Of a DNA stretch of 64,000 nt, positions 57,763 to 64,000 are shown piece after piece. Both the position numbers and the translations under genes were made by a program. Position 1 is the first letter of the stretch. The number at the start of each line of letters is the position of its first letter. The DNA is from an uncultured Acidobacteriaceae bacterium (GTDB taxonomy: Bacteria > Acidobacteriota > Terriglobia > Bryobacterales > Bryobacteraceae). Where the stretch lies: NCBI GenBank assembly GCA_963722935.1, contig CAVROY010000004.1, positions 1,147,495 through 1,211,494 of the forward strand. Direction: 5' to 3'. A model generated the notes under the pieces. That model saw only the letters and a program-made list of their open reading frames with translations. It did not search any database and was not told the origin of the DNA.

Positions 57763-59379
57763 TTACAGAGATTCCCGCAAACGAGCGGAGTTGCGCAAAA
57801 ACCGATCGAGCATCTCTTCGCTGGCCGGATGCTCTCCGTACCAGCAACGCTCAAACATCTGAACGTTCCCACGAAACAACTCGATCGCGGTAGAACCGAA
57901 GCGCCTGGCCCGGCGTTGCAGCTCTCGCAAATAATCCAGATTGGATTTGCCTCGCGCGAGTGAAATCAAACCGCCGCGCCCCAGGGTCGCAAGATTCGAG
58001 AGATATAACGCGCGAAGGGCCAATCGGAAATCGCCGTTGGCCCGATAACGATCGGCTAAGCGCGCCCACTCGTCCTCGCTTTGGGCGGCCGCCTCTGACT
58101 GATCGGCAGGCAGACTAACCTGTGGAAGCGCGCCGGCCTGTACCACGGGAGCGCGATAGGGCGGCGCGCGGCGCCGCCAGCCAAATATCACGACAGCCAT
58201 TAACAACAGGGCCGAAAAGCAGCCAATCACGATCAATGCGTCGGCTTTCGATACGGTGTGCGGCTTCCGAGCTTCGGTATCTTCACCGTGCGAAAAGATC
58301 CTATGAATCCAGTTTTCGAAAGCCTGAATCGCGGAGCCCAGCTGATCCCACAGCTTACCGGCTTGATCGACAAGGGAATCCATAAACGCGTCGAAGGGAC
58401 CGGAGGCCTGTTTGCGGGATTCCACAACAGGAAGATCCCAGGAATTGCCAGGATCGTGGAACACCCGAGACACGGCTCTCTTCATCTGCTCCGGCGAAAC
58501 ACGGCCAGGCGCGGACGCCGGAGGCGCGTCAGCCGAAATCCGTGCGGGTACGCAAAATAATACAGCCATCAGGAGCGCGACGGCCGCGACACTGCGCACG
58601 GCATTTAGTTTCAGCTGCAGGTCTCCGCCCGATGTTTCCGATTCACGAGCGAATCTTCGCAGGATGCACGCTGCTTTCGCGATCGGATCAAGACTCAAGT
58701 AGCAAAGAATCAGCAATGCGGCGACGGAGGCTGGATTCAGTAGAATTTGCGGCGCGCGCGTGATCTTGGATTCAATGCCGGTGAACGTCTTCCACAACTC
58801 AGGGACAACGAAAAGCGTGATAAACAGATTGATGGCGAGCACGGCACGCATGAGAAAGACAATGACTACGATTGAAACGGCTTGGGCTTGCCGGTACACG
58901 GCATCGCGTACAGCTTCCGCAAAGAGAGTCTTCCTCGAACGGGTCTGGGGTCCTTCGGAGGCGAGCAAAGAATGCTGATAAAACATCGCTACAGCCGGAT
59001 AGGGGACGACCAGCGCCAAGGCGGCGGGCCAGCACAGCAGCTTCGTTCCTGCGAGAAGAGGCTGGGTCGCCAATGCCGCGTGGAACTGCACGCCCAGCGA
59101 GCTTTCCTGCTCTGTCAGAGTGCAGTACATCCGAGCACAAAAGATCGATTGGCAGATGTTCAGCCAGAGATATAGAAGAGCAAGAATCAGAGCGATCCGA
59201 ATAAGCCGGTCGGCCGCAAACGGGTTTTGGAGTATGTCGTTGATCTCATAAAGTAGCGTTCCGAAGAAAGGGACAACGCCGCTGAGGTATATGAACCAAG
59301 CCACTGGGTCCGCGCTCTTCACGAGAAGCAGCGCCTCTTCAAGAATTCGAATTGCGGAGGGGAACCCGGCTTCCTTCAT
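57763..59379 (-). CDS. polytopic membrane protein with a C-terminal DUF4129 domain
   Basis: The ATG at 59379 overlaps the upstream stop (ATGA at 59376-59379). The N-terminal half has multiple TM helices. The C-terminal region, WARLADRYRANGDFRLALRALYLSNLATLGRGGLISLARGKSNLDYLREL...FERCWYGEHPAS, matches the DUF4129 pattern. Confidence 0.65.
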   Translation of the reverse strand: MKEAGFPSAIRILEEALLLVKSADPVAWFIYLSGVVPFFGTLLYEINDILQNPFAADRLIRIALILALLYLWLNICQSIFCARMYCTLTEQESSLGVQFHAALATQPLLAGTKLLCWPAALALVVPYPAVAMFYQHSLLASEGPQTRSRKTLFAEAVRDAVYRQAQAVSIVVIVFLMRAVLAINLFITLFVVPELWKTFTGIESKITRAPQILLNPASVAALLILCYLSLDPIAKAACILRRFARESETSGGDLQLKLNAVRSVAAVALLMAVLFCVPARISADAPPASAPGRVSPEQMKRAVSRVFHDPGNSWDLPVVESRKQASGPFDAFMDSLVDQAGKLWDQLGSAIQAFENWIHRIFSHGEDTEARKPHTVSKADALIVIGCFSALLLMAVVIFGWRRRAPPYRAPVVQAGALPQVSLPADQSEAAAQSEDEWARLADRYRANGDFRLALRALYLSNLATLGRGGLISLARGKSNLDYLRELQRRARRFGSTAIELFRGNVQMFERCWYGEHPASEEMLDRFLRNSARLRESL

Positions 59380-59702
59380 GTGACCTTTTGCGCAGCGAGC
59401 GAACCTGTCTCCGCGATGGGCACACGATCGCGAAACGCGAGAATCGTCCAGCCCGCAAGGTAGATCAATAACCAGGCGATCAGCAATCCGCACACTGCTA
59501 AAACGATTCCCCCTGAACCAATCCGGACTTCAGGCGCGAGTGCCTCTTGGCCGGAGTTTTGGGCGAGGCAAGCCGCGCACAGCATGCGCGATTCGAACAA
59601 CACGACGCATTCGCGGCAGAAGAAGTTTCCGCAGGATAAGCAGCGGGAAACCGCCTCACGCGTCTCGTGGTGTAAACAACGTCTGGTCGCAAGCGTGGAC
59701 AT
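59376..59702 (-). CDS. B-box-type zinc-finger protein with a C-terminal membrane anchor
   Basis: The eight-ligand module is C-x2-H-x8-C-x2-C-x4-C-x2-C-x9-C-x2-C (RCLHHETREAVSRCLSCGNFFCRECVVLFESRMLCAACL). It is followed by a hydrophobic helix (GGIVLAVCGLLIAWLLIYLAGWTIL). Confidence 0.6.
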   Translation of the reverse strand: MSTLATRRCLHHETREAVSRCLSCGNFFCRECVVLFESRMLCAACLAQNSGQEALAPEVRIGSGGIVLAVCGLLIAWLLIYLAGWTILAFRDRVPIAETGSLAAQKVT

Positions 59703-59717
59703 GCGTCTACCGGGATG

Positions 59718-60614
59718 TTAACTCAAACCGAGCAGGCTGGTGCTTCTGGTCTGGTGTTTCGATTGCTGCAGAGACCGGTGGTAAATAGCGGCGATTCCGA
59801 ATAGACTGAACAGGATGGTCAGGACGCTAAATTCCATGTTGAAGGGTAGCCGGCGCGCGCCAATGACTAGAAAGGGGAGTTGAAAATAGAGCAGCCAAAA
59901 GGAAATTTGAAGCAGGGCGAGGATCTGGCTCATCACGGCGGCGGCCCGAATGGCGAATGGGAATTCGAAATCCTGCTGCCGAAAGTAAAGCAAAACGAGA
60001 AGTCCGTAATAGGCGACCAAGATAACTTTCGTCAAAGGCGCCAGCAGACCCAAGGCAAAAGTGATGGCGTGCCAAACCAACACGGGCTCCTGAAGTGCCG
60101 CGCCGGCCTGATTTCCGAGAAACGCCGTCCCGGTGGTTTCGACAACTGACGAATCTGCGGGATATGGCAATTGCGTGGATTCAACGCGCCCCTTGAGTTC
60201 TTCGACTACGCGCCTTGATGAGGAGAGCGACGGCCGTAAGGGAAATCGATAGGCACTCAGCCGCGTAGATATCTCACAGGCCCAGTTCGGCCGCGTCAAA
60301 CGCCACAATCCGTACCAGGCAACAAACACACCGGCATAAATGGATCCCCAGAACGCACTCACCAATAACGGTGCGGAAACAGCGGCGGCGAGGACGCAGG
60401 CGATCTCAAAGGCGAGCATGAACCTGCGCGGGTGGTCGAGAGAATACAGCAGAATGGCCTGGACATCATTCCAATAGATTCTCGCGTAGATTTCGCGAAA
60501 CGCGCGGTCTTTAATAGCGAGCACGTGATCGCGCGCGAGCCACATTTTGCACCGGCCGCCCGGGAACGGGCGTTGGCCGCTGGCCGGCCGATAGACGGTA
60601 GTGGATTTCGCCAT
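59718..60614 (-). CDS. hypothetical polytopic membrane protein
   Basis: It is a 298-aa ORF with at least six hydrophobic segments. It is tightly packed between neighbours, with 8-nt and 15-nt gaps. No family is recognised. Confidence 0.5.
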   Translation of the reverse strand: MAKSTTVYRPASGQRPFPGGRCKMWLARDHVLAIKDRAFREIYARIYWNDVQAILLYSLDHPRRFMLAFEIACVLAAAVSAPLLVSAFWGSIYAGVFVAWYGLWRLTRPNWACEISTRLSAYRFPLRPSLSSSRRVVEELKGRVESTQLPYPADSSVVETTGTAFLGNQAGAALQEPVLVWHAITFALGLLAPLTKVILVAYYGLLVLLYFRQQDFEFPFAIRAAAVMSQILALLQISFWLLYFQLPFLVIGARRLPFNMEFSVLTILFSLFGIAAIYHRSLQQSKHQTRSTSLLGLS

Positions 60615-60622
60615 AGCGGCAC

Positions 60623-61246
60623 TCAGCGCGCCGGTCCTGGCGGGGCGAACACGGTGTTACGCCGGAAGGCCCAGACAAAGAAGACTGCCCAGCCTACGAT
60701 GGTTGCGAGTGAAAACATCAGCGCCAGAACAAAGCGAATCTTCGTGCGCGGCGCGATGCTGCACTCCTTGCGGAAAGTGAAAAGCGTGAACCCGAGTGCA
60801 ATGGGCGCCGTCAGAACACTGAAAAAACCAGTCAACACTCCGGCCGTGCTGATCGTCAGCGCCAGAGAATCGAAATGAAAGCGAGTCGACGCCAAAGTAT
60901 CGGCCCCCTCCCGCGTCCTCGCCGCTTCGAGACATGCGGCGCAAACATCTTCACCAGCCCAGTCGATGCGGCAGAGCGGGCAGAGGAATCTTCCGCAGCG
61001 TGTGCACGTAAACGCGGCCACTCGGCCCGCGTGGAAGTAGCACGTAGCTTCGGCACCGAGGGCGGCTTCGCCGATCGCAGCCTCGCGCGATTGGGTCATT
61101 GCGCGGCGTTGGAATGCGGGGAAAATTGTCAGCTCAATCCGCGACTCGCAATGCCGGCACTGAATGCCACCACCATTGAGCGACTCGTTTTCGATCAGGA
61201 ATCCACAGCTCGGACAGAGAAATGTGAGCGTCTCAAGATCGATCAT
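60623..61246 (-). CDS. zinc-ribbon plus B-box-type zinc-finger membrane protein
   Basis: The ATG at 61246 overlaps the upstream stop (ATGA at 61243-61246). The ribbon CPSCGFLIENESLNGGGIQCRHC is followed by CYFHAGRVAAFTCTRCGRFLCPLCRIDWAGEDVCAACL. The second module has the same C-x2-H-x8-C-x2-C-x4-C-x2-C-x9-C-x2-C spacing as the gene at 59376-59702. Two TM helices follow. Confidence 0.6.
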   Translation of the reverse strand: MIDLETLTFLCPSCGFLIENESLNGGGIQCRHCESRIELTIFPAFQRRAMTQSREAAIGEAALGAEATCYFHAGRVAAFTCTRCGRFLCPLCRIDWAGEDVCAACLEAARTREGADTLASTRFHFDSLALTISTAGVLTGFFSVLTAPIALGFTLFTFRKECSIAPRTKIRFVLALMFSLATIVGWAVFFVWAFRRNTVFAPPGPAR

Positions 61247-62025
61247 GCAGACTTGTACACGACGCGAGTGTCGCAGATATGATCGTGAAGAGCGCGCTTC
61301 TCTCCGTCGAAAGCCGCCATGATGTACCCGATCATCAAAGTAAAGCTGCTCACGATTGTTGCCAGATAACGGCCGCAACCTCTCGCGAAAGAGAGTCTGT
61401 CGCCATTGGAGCGCAACACACGCAGACCGCAGACCAGTTTCCCCGGCGTTCCACCCCGGCGCGATAAGAACCAGGCCTCGTACAGCATTGCCAATGTCCA
61501 GGAAAACAGACTGATGATGCCAAATCCGGCGAACAGCGGCGCAAAGGTCCGCAGATCTGCGGGATTCGGATTGCGTGTTTGCAGCAGCGGATTGATGATT
61601 AGCCCGAGTGCATAGCTCAGCGGCAGGAAGGCGACGTACAAAATGACACCATCGAGGACCTTCGCCAAGAAACGAATCCAAAAACCGCCGTAGCGCTGGA
61701 ATCTTTTTGGCGCAGCGGCTGCGGCGCCCTGTTCGCGCACCCGCTGGAAGAAGACGTCCTTGCATCCCGCACATACTCGCGCGGCTCCAAACGATATGAC
61801 GTCTTCAGGGGCAAATCGGCGCCCGCATTCCGTGCAGAACGCCTCGTCGGACGTTTCGTTGCAAAGGAACGCCGGCTGGACAGCGCTGAGTGGTTGCCAT
61901 TCGGCCATGCCGGCCGTCCAAATCAATGTATCCGGCCGCACCTTCCCAGACGCGCAAACAGCCTGAAAATCGGACTCTTCAAAGGGCCCGGTACGCTGCC
62001 CGCCATCTACGTAGTACCACTGCAT
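61243..62025 (-). CDS. GYF_2 (DUF4339) - zinc ribbon - RDD domain fusion membrane protein
   Basis: The ATG at 62025 gives MQWYYVDGGQRTGPFEESDFQAVCASGKVRPDTLIWTAGMAEWQPL (GYF_2 pattern). Next is the ribbon CTECGRRFAPEDVISFGAARVCAGC. The RDD domain follows (FWIRFLAKVLDGVILYV...TPGKLVCGLRVL...ALHDHICDTRVV). Confidence 0.7.
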   Translation of the reverse strand: MQWYYVDGGQRTGPFEESDFQAVCASGKVRPDTLIWTAGMAEWQPLSAVQPAFLCNETSDEAFCTECGRRFAPEDVISFGAARVCAGCKDVFFQRVREQGAAAAAPKRFQRYGGFWIRFLAKVLDGVILYVAFLPLSYALGLIINPLLQTRNPNPADLRTFAPLFAGFGIISLFSWTLAMLYEAWFLSRRGGTPGKLVCGLRVLRSNGDRLSFARGCGRYLATIVSSFTLMIGYIMAAFDGEKRALHDHICDTRVVYKSA

Positions 62026-62074
62026 ACGATCCTGATCGGCTGAGGTATGGGGCTCTGAATAGTAAATGATGATC

Positions 62075-62305
62075 TCAGATCTTTGGCTGTGGCGGAGGTA
62101 AGTCACGCGCTTTGCAGTAGGAATTAAAGCCTTGGCGACCGTGAGAGCCGTCGCAGAAAGGCTTATTTTCGGCCATCCCGCAGCGGCACAGCGAGATCAC
62201 CGATCTACCGCCCAGCCCGTAAGAATTCCCCTCGGAATCCTGGATGATGAATTCACCTTCGATCCGGATGGGACCGTTGTTCACAATAGTGACTTTTACA
62301 GCCAT
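62075..62305 (-). CDS. CDGSH iron-sulfur domain-containing protein
   Basis: The ATG at 62305 gives MAVKVTIVNNGPIRIEG.... CRCGMAENKPFCDGSHG is the CDGSH 2Fe-2S motif. The longer ORF-track start at 62428 is unlikely. Confidence 0.8.
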   Translation of the reverse strand: MAVKVTIVNNGPIRIEGEFIIQDSEGNSYGLGGRSVISLCRCGMAENKPFCDGSHGRQGFNSYCKARDLPPPQPKI

Positions 62306-62406
62306 GCTGCACCGATGGTAACAGGCAGATTGAGGTCTCGATGTGGCTCGATTCGTGCCGCAAAAACCCGCCGTCTGCACAACGTGACGCCTCTGTTTCC
62401 TTATAA

Positions 62407-63591
62407 TTGTCATCGCGGGTATCGACATTGATCCAGTTCATCTACGAATCCGACAGAGAGCTATTCGAGCACGCGATAACCTTCGCTCAGAAACAGGTCA
62501 AACGCCTTACCGAAACCTACCCTGACCTCTATCCGATGTACACGGTAGCGGGCAAATGGAAGCACGAAGGTCCAGCCTGGACGCATTGGTGCGATGGATT
62601 CCTGCCAGGCATGATGTGGTTGTTCTACAAATACATCGGTCCCGATAAGCCGGACTCCAAGTTCTGGATGGAACAGGCGATTCGGTACAGTAAGCCGCTC
62701 GAATCGAGAAAAACGGATACCGATGTCCACGACCTCGGTTTCATTTTTTTCTCCACCTACTACCGTTGGTATCGCGCCACGCGAGATAACGCGATCCGCG
62801 ACGTGGTGATCCAGGCCGGAAGAACACTTGCCAAGCGATTTAACGAAACCGGCCACTATCTTCGTTCGTTTGTGGCTGAAGATTCCATCTTCATCGACAT
62901 CATGATGAACGTCGGGATTATTTTCTACGCTGCCCGCGAATCGAATGATAAACATCTGCGGGATCTCGCCGTGCGTCACTGCATGACGACGAGACGCTTT
63001 CTGGTGCGAGGCGACGGCTCAACCGCTCACGAGGGGATTTTCGACCTCGAAACGGGCGAGTTCCTTCGGCAGTCCACCCAGCAGGGATATCGCGGGGATT
63101 CCTGTTGGACACGCGGCCTGGCATGGGCACTGTACGGCTTTACGACCTCATACGAATACAGCCGCGACCCTCGTTTTCTGCAAACCGCCGAAGGATGCGC
63201 GGACTACTACATCACGCACACGCCTGGCGATGGCGTTCCCCCCTGGGATTACAATGCACCTCCCGAGAACCGGTCGCTTGTGGATACATCCGCGGCGGCG
63301 ATCACGGCGGCCGGAATGCTGCGCCTCTGCCGGCAGATCACCGATCCAATGAAAGGCCACTTCTACTGGTCCACCGCCATCCACATTCTGCGCAACCTCT
63401 GCTCGAAATACCTCGCCAGCGACGATCCTGCGTGGGAAGGCGTTTTGAAGGGCGGCGTTTATCACATCCACAAAGGCTTGGGAGTGGATGAATCGGTGAT
63501 GTGGGGCGAATACTTTTTTGTCGAGGCGCTCGAGGACGCGCTCAACATACTGAGGGCGCCAAACCGCTTCCCGACACGTTGGCTTCAATAA
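62407..63591 (+). CDS. GH88-family unsaturated glucuronyl hydrolase
   Basis: [43 protein letters not shown] and [25 protein letters not shown] match the GH88/GH105 (alpha/alpha)6 barrel. The start is uncertain: TTG at 62407 or TTG at 62428. Confidence 0.8.
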   Translation: MSSRVSTLIQFIYESDRELFEHAITFAQKQVKRLTETYPDLYPMYTVAGKWKHEGPAWTHWCDGFLPGMMWLFYKYIGPDKPDSKFWMEQAIRYSKPLESRKTDTDVHDLGFIFFSTYYRWYRATRDNAIRDVVIQAGRTLAKRFNETGHYLRSFVAEDSIFIDIMMNVGIIFYAARESNDKHLRDLAVRHCMTTRRFLVRGDGSTAHEGIFDLETGEFLRQSTQQGYRGDSCWTRGLAWALYGFTTSYEYSRDPRFLQTAEGCADYYITHTPGDGVPPWDYNAPPENRSLVDTSAAAITAAGMLRLCRQITDPMKGHFYWSTAIHILRNLCSKYLASDDPAWEGVLKGGVYHIHKGLGVDESVMWGEYFFVEALEDALNILRAPNRFPTRWLQ

Positions 63592-63606
63592 ATCGCGCCA
63601 GTTCGC

Positions 63607-64000
63607 CTACTTAGGCGTGCAACTCGCCAGCGTTTGCATGTCAAGCTCGGTAGCTGGACGAACGTCGGCCTTCAGCATCGATTTCATCTGTTCGATTGCA
63701 TTGTCGTGCTCTAGCGCATTGCACGCCGCCACGCAATCCTCGGGAACGACCAACTCCATGTCGCGCATATAGGCGTCGTTGGCGGTAAACAAAACGCAGC
63801 TATTTGTAGCGACACCCGTGAGGATGAGCCGTTGTGCGCCCAAATGCTTCAGCAAGAGCTCGAGCGGGGTTTGGTAAAAGCCCGAATGCTTCGGTTTCAG
63901 GACAAAGTAATCGTGCTCTCCTGGAACCAGCGCCTCGACAAATCGACGCCCACGCACATTCTTTTCCAGGCAGTGCTTCACAATCTGTTCAAATCGCGAC
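63607..64000 (-). CDS. isochorismatase-family cysteine hydrolase (5'-partial, runs off the window end)
   Basis: FVLKPKHSGFYQTPLELLLKHLGAQRLILTGVATNSCVLFTANDAYMRD includes the catalytic Cys motif. The frame stays open to nt 64000. Confidence 0.8.
   Translation of the reverse strand, partial: SRFEQIVKHCLEKNVRGRRFVEALVPGEHDYFVLKPKHSGFYQTPLELLLKHLGAQRLILTGVATNSCVLFTANDAYMRDMELVVPEDCVAACNALEHDNAIEQMKSMLKADVRPATELDMQTLASCTPK

Overview
This is a GC-rich bacterial chromosomal window. Gene content points to Acidobacteriota: a PadR regulator paired with a duplicated MacB/FtsX-type 'ADOP' permease, a PEP-CTERM protein, many Tat- or Sec-exported glycoside hydrolases, and GMC oxidoreductase pairs. That assignment is an inference and no search was run. 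About 55 genes are supportable, in five blocks. (1) 1-29.4 kb is an accessory 'exo-enzyme' region: GH27, GH18, GH10 xylanase, CocE/NonD hydrolase, sulfatase, a GMC oxidoreductase with its small subunit, a C45 hydrolase and FAD oxidases. It is interspersed with decay products: an integrase fragment, a PQQ-dehydrogenase tail, a tRNA 3' fragment, a deleted FAD oxidase and two single-nucleotide frameshifts. (2) 29.4-34.5 kb is a divergent glycosylation module: a large polytopic membrane protein facing two tandem SDR epimerase paralogs and a GT2. (3) 36-45.6 kb is a housekeeping array, rimP-nusA-infB-DUF503-rbfA, running directly into hemE-hemY. (4) 46.5-51 kb holds an IS110 remnant, an orphan gene, hrcA, rsfS and hpt. 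(5) 51.2-62.3 kb is a tightly packed 12-gene, single-strand array. It is built around MoxR ATPase, DUF58, DUF4350, DUF4129, a SpoIIM-like protein and RDD, and is extended by B-box/zinc-ribbon membrane proteins, a GYF-RDD fusion and a CDGSH Fe-S protein. This array is my best candidate for an undescribed system. No rRNA, intact tRNA, CRISPR array or intact mobile element was seen. All family calls rest on motifs read by eye from the ORF track and sequence. Start codons are best guesses and no database search was possible.
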